Positions 50,935 to 63,809 of a DNA stretch of 64,000 bases are shown one piece after another. The notes under the pieces are model-generated. The model searched no databases, was not told the DNA's origin, and saw only the letters and a list, made by a program, of their open reading frames with translations. This stretch comes from Curvularia clavata (taxonomy: Eukaryota), in NCBI GenBank assembly GCA_023920165.1, contig CP089278.1:744001-808000 (forward strand), read 5' to 3'. A program made the translations under genes and the position numbers. Each line of letters begins with the position of its first letter. The first letter of the stretch is position 1.

Positions 50935-51612
50935 ATGCCTTTTTTAACATTCAGTAAATCAACCAATACGTCTAAGCAGTTTAACCGTCCATCAAGCAGT
51001 ACTAGTGCTACCAGTTATGCAGAGGCCCCTCAAAGCAGTACCCACTCCTCTCAGTCACATTCGCGTACGGCTAGACCCGAGCAACCTCAGTCTTACATCC
51101 AGCCCAAAGATCGTAGTCACACTGACTACCCGCCCTCCTCCCATGGTGCCACCTCCAGCCGCGGCCCACATGAAAGTTACCACCAACGTCTGGACGTTAG
51201 TCCTGTACGCGAAGCATCACGCTCACATGATTCCGGTAGTAGATACGGAGACCGCCCTGTAAGTCCCCTTGGTACCTCTCGCTTCGAGCAGTCATCGCCT
51301 TGGTCTAACCGCCATGTCCCCTCTCGCCGACCGCAAACGTCTGCCATGCGCGACGAGCATGGTTTTAGCATTCGAACCCCACATTCACAGCGTTTACAGG
51401 GTGATACTTATGGTATGAGTGCATATGCTCCCCTCAGTACGGACGAGTATGAGCATTTTGAGCCTAGAGGAAGGCAGCGGGGATACAGTGAGGCATCAGT
51501 GGATCAGAGCGGTCGTGGTGATGCGTATGGGGCGAGTCGCGCTTCGGGACAGGCATACAATATGCAGTCCGACTTCCGAAATGGAGGGTTTAGCGATTGG
51601 ATGGACTATTGA
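50935..51612 (+). CDS. Hypothetical S/R/H-rich disordered protein
   Basis: 225-codon ORF with good start context (AAAAATG); internal repeated VSP motif; no domain recognised. Confidence 0.55.
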   Translation: MPFLTFSKSTNTSKQFNRPSSSTSATSYAEAPQSSTHSSQSHSRTARPEQPQSYIQPKDRSHTDYPPSSHGATSSRGPHESYHQRLDVSPVREASRSHDSGSRYGDRPVSPLGTSRFEQSSPWSNRHVPSRRPQTSAMRDEHGFSIRTPHSQRLQGDTYGMSAYAPLSTDEYEHFEPRGRQRGYSEASVDQSGRGDAYGASRASGQAYNMQSDFRNGGFSDWMDY

Positions 51613-51827
51613 ATTATGGTCATACGCATGCTGATGGGGTGCGTATAGTATTAGGGGACATAGGCGTTTGGCTACGTCTTCATCGTTGATTTCCTTTTTC
51701 CTCAAAAGCTAACATGTCTTATCGGATCATTCTCTACGTCCCAGTCTATTTTACCTAGTGCTAAAATCAAAAATACAATAAGAAACAAAACTTGCTCTTC
51801 ATCCCAAAGCCTCCTTCTTCTTGTCTC

Positions 51828-53822
51828 CTAATGCGCTAGTGTATGCTCCGTGTCAGAATCCCTATATTTATCCTGCTCATCCTGGATGACAGGGTCATTT
51901 GGCAGATTGATAGTGCGGTCAAGTCCATGAGGTAGTCCCCTATGCCTACCACGTACCATCATCGCGCAAATAACTAATTTGCTGAATACCGTGAACTGGC
52001 CGGATAGCGCAGCAAGGTTCGTCGGGTAACCTAATGAGATTCCAACATTGCAATATGCCGAGACGACTTCAAAGAGAATAGCGAAAACGGAGAAGGCCTA
52101 TTTGAGTACAACAGTGGTTAGTGTCTTTTTTTCTCGCCATGTAATTTATAAAGCGAAAGGTACGTACCCAATCCTCGTGACTCATGACCCTCTTGCTCTC
52201 GGCACAGCAGATGCAGAAAACACCTAGAAAAATAAACCATAGATCAAAACTTAGCTGAATACGCATGATATTTATCAGGTAAGTTTTTCCGTCGGTGTTA
52301 TCATCAAGGCTTCGCTCTGTCGCGTAGCGTGCCACGGACCTGTCTTCATAACTCTCGCTCATACGGATACTTACGGCAATCGGGTAGACGGATATGTACA
52401 TCATAACGACTAGGCTAAGTTGGGTCGCTGGGTTTAAATTCGCAAGATTGAACGCCGCAGTACCTGTGTGGCGTGTACACACGGACTGAAAGAGAGCAGC
52501 AAGGATGCGGGGTCCAAGGGGGAGGACATTGACTTCGGGGTTGTCGAGGTCGAGAACAACTATGACGAGGGTATCGATGAAATTGAGAAAAACCAGGATA
52601 GCAGCAAGAACCCAGGTCACAGTGCTAGGAAACAGGAGCGTGTAGCATCGGCGAGGGCGGTCGAGTAAGAAGCGCAAAGACTCGCTTGTTGAGGAGCTGG
52701 CTGGAGTCACTTTCCACATGAGCCAGATTACCAAGCGCAGGAATACGGGATAAAATGTATTGCCAGCGAAGCCAAGGAAGCACATGACGAGCATAGGCCA
52801 GGTGGCGTCGCGAAAGGAGATCATGCCGTCTGGCGTGAGGGTAAGGCCCAGGTTGCTAATCATAGTTTGCGATGAGTACATAGCCCTGTTAATTGTTAAA
52901 AAAAGATGATATTTATCTTATCCAGCACTGTTCATACCACCATGTTGGATTTTGGCCCTGCGAAGCTAGATACTCCCTATATCTTGAGGGAGCAAGATGG
53001 ATCCACGGTATCAAGCAAATAGCACCGAACAGATGCAGACCAAAGAAATATCCTGATGTTGTTATTAGACCTCCAATGCAGAGGTGATGGGGATTGACAT
53101 ACCAGCGACAATTTTGAGGAGGATACGCAGAGCGCGATATTCGACACCACCTAACTCGTCTTGACTCAATGGACCATTTTTCTCGTGTTTGCCAGAAACT
53201 TGAAGCTCCTGTTCAGAGATTGACGCGTCAATATGACCTCCCTCGACATCACTGGTCTCTGAAACATGGGTAAGGTCTTTGATTTCCGGATTGATGCAAT
53301 TTCTCGAAGCCGTAGGTTTCCTGTATGCAGCAGCTGTCTATTCGTTACCTTCTGGCAGAAAGATCACGTTGAGCGTTGCACTTACATATCCCCTTAAGCT
53401 TCTTATTGAACCATCGTAATCTCACGACAACAACGATGATATTGACAAAGCCCAAATTGGCTAGTATGGGTGTGAAGTAAAGCCATACTTGTTGATATGT
53501 CTTGAGGGCTTTAAGATCAATACTAAAAAGTCGTTAAAAGCTCGTGTTTCGCAGACAAGTGTTTGTCACAAGACCTAACTCACGGATTTAGGCCCGAAGA
53601 TGTCGAAGCGCTAGCCCCGAAGTAATATGCGTCTATAGCTCTAATATTGCCGTATGGATATATGACAATGAAGGCCAGGATTCCAAGAGTCAGGATGTAC
53701 GCATCTATACCATGTCAGCGAAAAAATACCTTATATTCAGCTCCCTGTGACTATTGGTCCAGCAGCTTATGGCAGGCGGACTGACAATGTAGTGTGATGA
53801 AGTTGATTGGCAGCTTCCACAT
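51828..53822 (-). CDS. Trk/HKT-family cation (K+) transporter, compact multi-exon form
   Basis: NFITLHYAY; four pore loops ASTSSGLN, ISNLGLT, TRHTG, YCNVGISLG; LGGVEYRALRILLKI; FLLDRPRRCYTLLFP; MMYISVYP; RGRHRGLPHGLDR. Confidence 0.88.
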
Positions 53823-55226
53823 GGTGAGTGTTTCGTCACGCAACTAGGCGTTGCCGTATGCGGCCCAGCAGATGAGTGAATTACGATACCGCGGTACAGA
53901 TGGTACCAGTAGGGATATTAGCGTGCGAGAGAGATTGGTCCGTCGTGGGAGCGTTGGGGCAAGCCTTGTATCAAGCTGCCGCTGTTCAAAATAAAAAAAA
54001 CCCACAACCCTGGAAGTATACCTCAGGACGTGGACAAAGAGATGGAACGAGAACACGAAAGAGTGATGTTGGCAACCTGAAGGTGTTTCCCAACAGCGTA
54101 CAATCCCGGATAGCAGTCCGGTTTCGTGACAAAAGCAGCCGTCCATTTTTGAACGGAGATTTATTCACGTCGATTAGCAGCAGAACGGTTCCGCCTCCGT
54201 GCCCCGCCAAAAACCGTTAGTCGGTCTTTTTTTTACATGTAGTAGCGTTATCCGCCCACTCATGAAAGCCAATCACCAATGATGAGCAGCGGCAATTAAT
54301 TTGCGCGTGTGCGCTGGCGGCGTTATTAGCAGCAGGCATCCAGATGTGGGTCAGCACGCTCTCGTTCCGGACTTCGTGGGCAAGTACCCTGATTGGACGG
54401 TAAAGAAAATAAGCTTCCAGTGGGATAGGCTTATCTTAGCTTGAGGCTGCCTACACCGTACTCATGGTGGTATGCGTAGCCCGCTTGGTAAGGCCGAGAG
54501 AGTGCTTTTCCATTGTGCAGTGCAGACTGCACACATCGTGCACCATCATTGCATTTGTTGTCCACGTAACAGCATTCTATCTCAGCTGACATGCGATGCG
54601 TAAATACAATCACGTCAAGACATTAAAGAACTCCGACTGCTATGAGTCTTGGGATATCTGGTTATCTTAGAATGGCAAATGGAGGAGGAGGGATGGACCA
54701 TCCGTTTCGTTGGGTTGATTGAGCTACAGCAGTAACGCCAGGCGGGTGGCTTTCCTGTGCCCTTCTCATAGTCGCTTCGTACTTTTCATCTTTTTGACAT
54801 TGTAAGATTAAGGAGAACATCTTCAAAGGTGCGTATCGAGAGTCGCGTCGTGAATATTTAATGAGATAGGCAGCCTCGGTGGAGTAGGCGGTGAGCGGCA
54901 ATTGACGCGTCTAGGTGCACTGCGTGAGAACTACATTAGCTATAATGGGACTAAAGGAAGCGCTGCAGGAGACTCAAACTGTGTGTCTTGTTTTACAATG
55001 CAATGTCGCAAAAGGCGGTCAGCCAGCTATGAATTTGAGCTTGCAAGGGTTGTGTTGTGAAGTGCCTTGCGGTGAGACTTAGCTCGCCCCATGTGACCAG
55101 GCTGCAACTTGAGTGTCTAGCCTCCTAGTAACCCTGTTGTGGATTCTCCTTTCAGCATGTTCCTCGTGTCGTCTCATTATGCTTTCGCGTTCCTTTATTT
55201 TTCTCGCACAAAACTGCCCAAACATC

Positions 55227-55568
55227 CTAGAAGAGGGCGATGTTCTCACCAATCATAGTTGCGTCAGCAAGACGAATGGCTGAATCGGGTATCTCGATGT
55301 CGAAGCGGTTGGTATCCACTCCTGTATTGCTTCCGATGCCCCTATCCAAGGCCAGGTAATCTAGGAAGAGGATCCCTAATAGGAGGGCAAGTGCCATATT
55401 ATATAGGTTTTCAGATCCGACAGTAATTGTAAAGTCCATGGGTACTGCCATAGCAGCCGGTTTTGAAAATTCTTTTGACGGCGTGGCTGTTGTAGCAACA
55501 ACCGCATCCAATAGGCGGTTAGCTTGAGTAACAACAGGCCCTACCCAAGCATACATTGCCATCTTCAA
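55227..55568 (-). CDS. Possible small hypothetical protein with one hydrophobic segment
   Basis: 113-codon ORF with NMALALLLGILFLDYLAL; no other support. Confidence 0.25.
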   Translation of the reverse strand: MKMAMYAWVGPVVTQANRLLDAVVATTATPSKEFSKPAAMAVPMDFTITVGSENLYNMALALLLGILFLDYLALDRGIGSNTGVDTNRFDIEIPDSAIRLADATMIGENIALF

Positions 55569-55955
55569 TTTTCATCGATATTACCTAACGTAGGTGTTTA
55601 CTTCAATCGCTGTTTTGGCATCATAGAACGATTGGCTCCAAGGCAGAAGAAACAATTGCTACATCATGGATCACGCAATCATCTGTTTGTATGATATCAG
55701 AGAGACCTGTATGGCTTGCAGTATAAGACAGCCCCCAGAAATGTAGATTTCAAGAATTGCAGTAAACAGAAAGGGATATCGCCATATGGCGATAGTCAGC
55801 GGGCTTCATCGAATATTGTCACTACGGGAGACCAAGGCCAATCCTCCAAGCTAGACTCAATCGCGACAGTTTGCTTACAAATCACACATCGCCCTCCCCA
55901 CCTTAACTGCAAACTACGCTTAACCGATTAGTATCTTTTCAATCCAGTCATCACA

Positions 55956-56914
55956 ATGCCGACGATCAAGGCCAATGACGGTGTCACGCTTCACTACAAT
56001 ACATATGGAATAAGCTCAGATTCGCCTTTAGTCCTAGTAAGCACTCCGCTTTTCAACTATATCTCGTTCATCCGCCTAATCACATTCATCAGTTACATGG
56101 CTTTACCGGCTCGGGAGCAGTCTTTAATCGCAACATAGCCGCACTTTCGGAGCACCACCATGTTATCGTGCCTGATCTCCGCGGCCATGGTAGCTCCGAC
56201 AAACCCAAATCCGGATACCACGTCTCTCGCCTCGCAATGGACTTGAAAAATCTAATGGATCACTTGAACGTTCATGAAGGAATGGTAAAAGCCATTGGAA
56301 CAAGCTTAGGCGCAGCTATACTCTGGAGTTACAGCGAGCTCTTCACCACTAAAGCCTTCTCGCACATGATCTTTGTAGACCAAGCGCCCTTGCAGAATTA
56401 TCTTGATGACTGGGGCCCTGAATTCGGAAACCTAGGATGTAACTCACCTGAAGCACTCAAGGCGATGCAGCAAACTCTGATCAACGACCCCAAACAAGCG
56501 CATGTGGGAACGATTGCAGCGTGTCTTGGTTACAGATCGCACCCACAGCCTGGAGACCCTACACCGGATTCGGAAACATGGAGGGAAGATGAAATGTTTT
56601 TCCTGAATGAAGCGATGAAAGGAGACGGTTGGTGGTATGGAAAGCTGATGGCTGATCATACAGCGAACGACTGGAGACACCCCATTGCACACAACTTTGG
56701 TCCCGGCAGTGGAAGTACGACGCGTGTGCTAGTGGTTGCGAGTAGCAGGAGCGGATGTTTCCCTGCTGATGGTCCGCTGAAGGTTGTGGAGTTGGTCGAT
56801 GGGGGGACGGATGAGGGTTATGCCGAGGGGGTAACAGTCGATTGGGGCGGTCACTGGTGCTACTGGGAGAAGCCCGAGCTCTTTAATGAGCTAGCGCTCG
56901 AGTTCTTGCAGTGA
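55956..56914 (+). CDS. Alpha/beta hydrolase (non-haem haloperoxidase/arylesterase-like), 2 exons
   Basis: MPTIKANDGVTLHY; LHGFTGS; PDLRGHGSS; nucleophile elbow GTSLG; catalytic His in GGHWCYWEKPELFN. Confidence 0.88.
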
Positions 56915-57356
56915 GCGAATCGTGGACTGCGAGTAGTTTAAATATGCTTCTATCTCAGTATGTTCTGAAAGTCATAGCTTCCAGACTCTCACGACTTACT
57001 CTCGAGTAAACTTCATGTGATTTGTTACTGAGAAAACAAGGCCATCTTTCCGATCTTGCAATAGGAAAGATCTGACTCACAATTGACTTTTGTGAGAAAC
57101 TACACAATTCACTGGGCAACATGTAAACAGGACCAGGTTCTCATCCTAAGGCTTTGGGTTGCGATTGCGCTCGGAGTTCTATCTATTCACGGTTATCTAC
57201 TTAGCATAAAGCCAGAGTACGGACTCTACTTTTCTAGTAATTAGTATTGATCCTGAGAAGAAAGACACTCATTTACGAAAACCATCATAGACAAGCACCC
57301 ACTACTGAAAGCCACTACTCTCGTCGAATTTGGCATCGCAGCCGATGGTCTTTCAC

Positions 57357-58481
57357 CTAGTGCTCTTTCATCCACTCGCCTGCTTTCTTAGCCGCGTTCT
57401 CAGCATCTTTCTGGAAGCCCAAGATAGCGCCTAGTGCCAGGATATCATGAGGAGCATGCTCATCAATGTCCAATACAACATCATTACCCGCTTCCTTCAT
57501 CTTATTCGTCCACTCCAAAACATCAAAATACAAAATCTCACTGCCTCCGACGTTGACGAACATAGGTACTGTGGACTTGAACATCTGGTACTTGTGCGTG
57601 ACGTATGGTTGAGACAATGTTTGCTCACCCGCTGGGCCAGCATATGCACCTGTGCCCCACGCAGTAAAAGGTGGACAAAGATAGTCGGTTGCGTAGTTCT
57701 TGTTGTCATGAACGTAGGAGCAGGAGGTATCTGAGGGATCGATCCACGGAGACCAGAGGAGAGCTCCAGCAGGAGCAGGTAGATCTAGTTCAGCTCCGTA
57801 CTCGGTAATGTAACGCAAGAGAGAGATGGTGAGGTTGCCGCCCGCTGAATCGCCAGAGACTATAATGTTCTTCGCAGGGATCTTGAGATCGTTCAGAAGG
57901 TAAAGATATGAGGTCAGTACATCCTGGAGTGCAGCGGGAAATGGGTTCGACGTCGGTGAGGCTGGGAGAGTGGACAGTCGATATTGTGGACAGAAGACAT
58001 GCGTCGCTGGTGTGTTGCGAAGGAGCATTTTCGCCAAGAACCCAGTTCCCACTGTCCTTCCATCCCCATGAACGAATGCGCCTCCGTGTGTATGTAGAAT
58101 AACCTTGGTTCTGCTCTTATCACTACCAGCCGTCAATGGTGCTGGATACCACGTCGCGCCGATATCCACTGGTACCACGTCCTTGTTGCTCCTTAACGGT
58201 CCTTTGTAAGCATCAGACTTTGCCGACTTGATGACTATGAATCTCTCTTTCTCTGCACCCGGTGTCAACGGAAGTGGTGTTCCCGTTTGCAGTTTCGCGA
58301 TGTGCCACAGTGTCGAGGAGAAAATGCGCACGCTGATAGCCTGTCGGAAAGTCCATGCGGGGTGTTGACGACCAGATCCGAGGAGATATGTAACGAGAAA
58401 GACTGGAAGACGTACAAGCTCGAAGCAAATGGCTCCCAGGGCGTATATGCCCTTGATGGGCTGTTGTGTGATGTTGACCAT
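57357..58481 (-). CDS. HSL-family alpha/beta hydrolase (esterase/lipase)
   Basis: HTHGGAF oxyanion motif, PQYRL, PFPAALQD, GDSAGG nucleophile, WSPW, GGSE, APHD; single exon. Confidence 0.9.
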   Translation of the reverse strand: MVNITQQPIKGIYALGAICFELVRLPVFLVTYLLGSGRQHPAWTFRQAISVRIFSSTLWHIAKLQTGTPLPLTPGAEKERFIVIKSAKSDAYKGPLRSNKDVVPVDIGATWYPAPLTAGSDKSRTKVILHTHGGAFVHGDGRTVGTGFLAKMLLRNTPATHVFCPQYRLSTLPASPTSNPFPAALQDVLTSYLYLLNDLKIPAKNIIVSGDSAGGNLTISLLRYITEYGAELDLPAPAGALLWSPWIDPSDTSCSYVHDNKNYATDYLCPPFTAWGTGAYAGPAGEQTLSQPYVTHKYQMFKSTVPMFVNVGGSEILYFDVLEWTNKMKEAGNDVVLDIDEHAPHDILALGAILGFQKDAENAAKKAGEWMKEH

Positions 58482-59401
58482 GGTGTACCTCGCACGACTG
58501 GTGAGACCGGGAAAGAGCAACCGCTATGGCCCTTGTCTGTACAAGAAACCTTTCTGCTCTCGGGAACGTACAAGAAGAAAATCTGGGTTTTAGAAGTAGC
58601 GGTAGTTCTGCCTCTTATAGTGGACAGTGTAGGTAAGCTTGTATTGATTTTCTGGTTTTACTGATTGTAAGAGAATGTGTTCCAGGGACCTAGTAGCGAG
58701 ACCCTTGGATCTTGGAGATTGTTCTTTAGCCGAAAAGGTCCACCTGTTCATGCAGTGGCGCGAAGATGGAAAATCCAATATCAGGATTGATGTGCAATGG
58801 CTCTGAGCACATCTGACTTGAGGGACGATAGTGCGGGGAATGTTCTCCGCGGGACATTCACGTGACGTGACGTAGATTCGATTGCGAAACTACCGAGGTT
58901 GAGACAAAACCATCGCATTGGGAAAGCACGCATAGATATGCATCTAATACTGTATACTGTACTCCTCAGTATTGCCCCTGAGAGGCCCGTGGCACGCTCA
59001 GTCCAGGGGTTGTCCTAACCCAGGATAAAACGATTCTAGATACTAACAATGAGCATGCTGCCAATGCGTTTAGTTGCTTGCTTCTCGTATTCAATCACAG
59101 AGACAGGCCTACATAAATGACAAGGTACAGCGTAGACACTTCAAAAGATCAGCGCCAATCTTGCAAATGCAACTACTCGCGCAAAGCTCAATTTGTCCCC
59201 GAAAGATATACTTAGCGCGCGATCACGGTGCTCAGTGGTCCCATATATAAGAACGCACAATCCCTATTCATTGATACTTCTTCATCTTCGCATCCCTAGT
59301 TCTAAACGAGCTCTTCTCTAAGCTCTACGTCATGACAGCAATATCTACAAACGTACATACATACATGGCCCGAAAGGCCCATCATCACATTCACACCCTC
59401 A

Positions 59402-59974
59402 TTACAACTTCGCCGGCAACTTCCCATTCTTCTGCGCAGTATACGTAGCAATGATGTCCATCAACTGCGGACTAAGCACATCATACGACTGCAGCCCGAC
59501 GCTCCTGAATTTCTCCCTCACAGCATCCATCTGTGCGGGATTGAATCCCTGCTCAATGATACTGCTTACGAAGGCGGCGAACTGCGGTTCCTGCCAGCCG
59601 CTCGTGTTGCTCAGCTCGGTGTGGACAAAGTCGAGGCCCTTGAAAGGATGGTCGTTGACAATGCGACCGAAGAGATGGACGCCGCATTGCTTGCATGCAT
59701 TGCGTTGGATGGCTGCTGATTCATCGATAATGTGCAGTTTGTGACCGTTGGCTGTGACGGAAACATTGTCTTTAGGGAGAACACCGACGACGGAGAAGAG
59801 TGCGCCTTTGGGCTTCCAGCATTTTGAGCAGCCGCATGCGTGATTGTGAGCGACGTTGCTGGAGAGAGTGACTTCGACTTTGTCCGAGGGGCAGTGGCAG
59901 TAGAGTTTGCCGCCAGCAAAGTTGGGGTTGCCCTTCTTGATGCCGTTGTCGATCGCGGGATGGATACTAGGCAT
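59402..59974 (-). CDS. gfa: Glutathione-dependent formaldehyde-activating enzyme (S-(hydroxymethyl)glutathione synthase)
   Basis: Zn ligands [46 protein letters not shown]; intronless; ends -AKL. Confidence 0.93.
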   Translation of the reverse strand: MPSIHPAIDNGIKKGNPNFAGGKLYCHCPSDKVEVTLSSNVAHNHACGCSKCWKPKGALFSVVGVLPKDNVSVTANGHKLHIIDESAAIQRNACKQCGVHLFGRIVNDHPFKGLDFVHTELSNTSGWQEPQFAAFVSSIIEQGFNPAQMDAVREKFRSVGLQSYDVLSPQLMDIIATYTAQKNGKLPAKL

Positions 59975-60898
59975 GTTGATTTATTAATTTTCCGAGGAAA
60001 AAACTTTGTAAGTTTCTGGGTGGTGGTGTTTTTTTCTGAAATAAGGTTGAACAGGTAACAGGTCTTGGAAGCAGCACAAAGGTACCTCTGCCAGGGCTAT
60101 ATAGGAGCCTATCTCTCTGACCACCACACTACGCACCCCTCATCGGACTATCAGACCATTTTTGAATTGACCCGCCATATCAATGGCGCAATTGCTTGCT
60201 TCTTGTCTATATTGTGGACTTCTGTATGCGGAACCGCATAACCTTTCCGCTTTAGGTCACTCGGACCTTCCCCGCCTCACTGCACGAGTCGCAACACCTC
60301 GACGGCGTCTGTACTATTCGCTTCTGGAATCAACCCACTAAAGAGACTAAAGACGCAGAGTCCCCTCCGTAGCCAGAATTTAATGTCGCGATGCTCCTTG
60401 TCAACGAAAAGGTCACGTCTGAGCAAAGACATGGCTACAATGCAAGGCTCAGGGCAATGATACAAAAGTACCAGTATCTACGTGTAGGTATAGGCATTCA
60501 GCGAATCTGGCGCCTCTGATCCGAGAAGCTGCCTTGTAGGTATCACCGACGATGCGCCTTAAAATAAGCCCACATGATGACCCAAGACCCCGTTTCGAGG
60601 ACCCGAACGGCAGTTGCTCGTGTAGGCACGCCGCTCAAATTTACTCCGCCCGTATGGACACCCTATGGACTTCATCAGGGGTGATTCGGCAACTTACACG
60701 AACATAAGCTCGGTTTGCGAACGTAAAACTGCAAGGTACCAAAATACCGAAAAATTGAATTGCGAAAGGATGGCATGAGTGCAGAAAGTGCAAGTCATCT
60801 GGATTAGAGACAAAGTGAAGAGGATAAATCTAAGGTTCAATCGCATGGACAGTGATTCGCATGTTCAGTCCGTCTATACCCCACACTTTTCCTTCCCA

Positions 60899-61687
60899 TT
60901 ATATTCTTCGCCTACGTCCGATCCTTGACTGGAGTATCCGAATCTCTCTCTGCCGCCTGACAAACGTCGCATTGTGCCGCGCGAGCAATCCTCTAGCTAT
61001 CGCCTCTTCGTACTTTTCCCTTATGTCATGTAAGGCTACCTCGCTGTCCATCAGCGATATTATCTCGTCCAAATTAGCGCCGTCTGGGTGTTTGGGAACC
61101 GGTTCCCACTCGACATTTGCGTCGAAAGGTTCATGTGAATCATGGACCTCATGAAAAGCCGGATGTGTAACGAGTTGCCGCTGGCGATATGGTTGCTCTA
61201 GAGAGGGTGAGTACCATGGTAGTTTCGAACATGGGGAGAGCGGAGTAGGTGGCGATAGTGAACAACTCTCTCGCTGTACACATTCAGATTGCGAAATGGG
61301 TAGAGGTAATGATGACCGCGTATGTGAGAGCGGTGGTGAAAGTGGTGACAGTGTGGGTCGTGCCGCTGGAGTAACTTCTTGCGAAAGATAATATTGCGGC
61401 TGTAGAGTCCGATCTGGGTATAGTTGAATAGGCGCAAGCAAGCTACGACAATCCTCCTTGACCTGAGAATCTTTGTGGTCCGCTTTAGGGGTCTTCGAAG
61501 CTTCAAATATCATGTCCCTCCCAGGCAATTCCCACTTGATATTGGAATTCTGGTGCCTCGCTGTCTGTGCCGAAGTCAGGCTTTCGCGTCTTGTGTTTCT
61601 CGCCAAAAGACTCTCTTTGATAGTTTGGCTGACTTTTATACGATGCTCCTGAGACCCGAAGTACTGTACTGAGGATGCATCAACCAT
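60899..61687 (-). CDS. Hypothetical protein (P/S-rich middle, helical basic C-terminus); 5' end uncertain
   Basis: 262-codon ORF; no recognised domain. Confidence 0.5.
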   Translation of the reverse strand: MVDASSVQYFGSQEHRIKVSQTIKESLLARNTRRESLTSAQTARHQNSNIKWELPGRDMIFEASKTPKADHKDSQVKEDCRSLLAPIQLYPDRTLQPQYYLSQEVTPAARPTLSPLSPPLSHTRSSLPLPISQSECVQRESCSLSPPTPLSPCSKLPWYSPSLEQPYRQRQLVTHPAFHEVHDSHEPFDANVEWEPVPKHPDGANLDEIISLMDSEVALHDIREKYEEAIARGLLARHNATFVRRQREIRILQSRIGRRRRI

Positions 61688-62095
61688 AATGATGTAATAT
61701 AGCGGCGTGGGTGTCGTATCCTTGGCAGATCTCTGTAAGAGTTTTTTTCACCCCTCTAGGCTGAAAGGTGATCTATAATGGTCTTTAGTTGAATGAGGCA
61801 GACGTTGGTATCGTGATTTGATGATCAGAGGAGACTATCTCTGTATTCGCTGCTGCATCGCGACATCCATTTCTCGTTTGGCGTTGAGACATGTCTGTCA
61901 CTTCGAAGCACACAAAGAAGATTCGTATATTTTTGTCCACACAAAAAAGCCGTTCATGGTTCTTCCAATTTTATCGTTGACATCATCGCGTGAGCTGATT
62001 GGCTTTTGACTCCATTCCTTTGTAGTGCTCAGACATGTGCGTCGTCTTCTGAGGCGGCTCTCAAGATGCGGACTTCGGCCAGGCAAGACTCAGGC

Positions 62096-63809
62096 TTACA
62101 GGCGGTCCAAGACCGATGCAACACCATTGAATCTGCTGGTCCATCCGAAAATTATCGTCTTTGCTACATTCCTCAGATCCATTGTTGGAGCGCAATAAGC
62201 TACGATAAGGACCAGAGGTATGCAGCGCAGAATGTGGAACCCAGGGGTATGTGCCTTCTCCATCTCGGTAGCAAACTGAATAATGGCTTGAGAGTAACCT
62301 TGAGCTATGGAGGCATAATCGGCGGAGCTTTTCTCATACGATTCTATTGGTGCCTTGGATTCTGTTTGAATTTTGTACATCAGCATATTGAGTATTAATC
62401 CATTGGCCATATAGGTCGAACGAATGAACGACCCAGACGCTCGGTTAGTTGGTGCTCTGGGTGAGCTCCCTTTTGCTGGCTGCGACGAAGAATCCGGAGT
62501 CGAAGTATCGCCGGAGTTGTTAGACGGCTTTATCAAATCGGCATTCTCTTTGGCCCAATTATCAAGATCTGCAATCAATCTACACGCGAGCTCTCTACCT
62601 GGCGTAACATCAACATCGGGTGGTATTATTGTCTCGAAGATGATACGCAACGATCCTTCGATTCCTAGGCAGGCCGTGCAGTGAGGTATCATAAGCTGTA
62701 TGTCAGCGAGGACTTGGTGTGGATCTTTTGGCATATCCAAGAATGGTATGGTTAACCATTCAGGAGAGGAATATGGAGACCTTTTGTTGAAAAAAACGGA
62801 CCTGTGAGCCTACAAACTGTCAGCTGATGATATCGCAGGGTACTGCTACTTGATGACCCACATCCTGGGCACGGATAGCTTTGAAGATTGGCCAAATCGC
62901 GCCGGATCTACAGTTACTCGGTCCTCGCATTTTCATGATTTCGCCTGCAGCGTTAAGGTGAGCTGTGGAGCCAGCCGCAGTTGCTCCAGCATATAGCTCG
63001 TATAGAGCCAAGATGATTGGGACCAAAACCTCTCCCTCATCCGGAATGGTGTTTTTCTTCATCCTCGCTATTGAACTTCGCTGAGCGTTCAATGCTACAT
63101 TGTACCATCTCCAAGAATCTATGGTGATACTGGGGTCATTATGGTACTTGCCGTAGAATGCCATGGAGACTGCCCGAAGTGAGATCTTGACGACAGGTTT
63201 GGTGGCTTTGCCGAATATGCTTTGTAAATGACCAATCCACTGGACTTCAGGGGCGCGAGACTTTCCAGCTCTGTTGAGCTCTACGTAATGAGTGATGAAG
63301 GCATTATCCAATGCTTCAGGCAGGGCTTTAGACGGCTGGTTGAAGGTAGGGGGTCTGTAATGATAGCGGATGGCTGTGATTGCCTTTTCCACTTCTTCTG
63401 CACGGCTGGCCTGGATCGAAAACTCATGGTTTTGGAGGGGTATGTTTAGTGGGGTCACAGGCTGATTTGATCGGTTGGAGACCACAAGATTTGGGTCAGT
63501 CTCTACTGCAGCCCGTTCGACCGTTTTGTCACTAGCCATTGCCAATGTTCTTGCTATCTCTTTCTTTTTCTTGGTTCTTGGCCTAACAACACGCTCAGTC
63601 ATGTCAATTACTATAGAGCCTTGTTTTGGCCCAGAGCATCGAAGGCCTAGACGCTTGCATTGATTGCAGGTCTCTGGTGTCTCGTCGCACTGGAGAGGGA
63701 AATGATCAACTGCTGTCCTGAAGTTGCATATAGTACGCGATTGACGAACCTTGACGCGCCTTGTGCGACATTGGGAACAAGCCCGACTGCGCTGAGACCT
63801 CGGAGGCAT
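62096..63809 (-). CDS. Zn(II)2Cys6 fungal transcription factor, 3 exons
   Basis: MPPRSQRSRACSQCRTRRVK|CDETPETCNQCKRLGLRC after removing intron ~63690-63749; LRAVSMAFYG, LALYEL, HLNAAGEIMKMRGP middle region; joins ORF 62096..62740. Confidence 0.88.
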
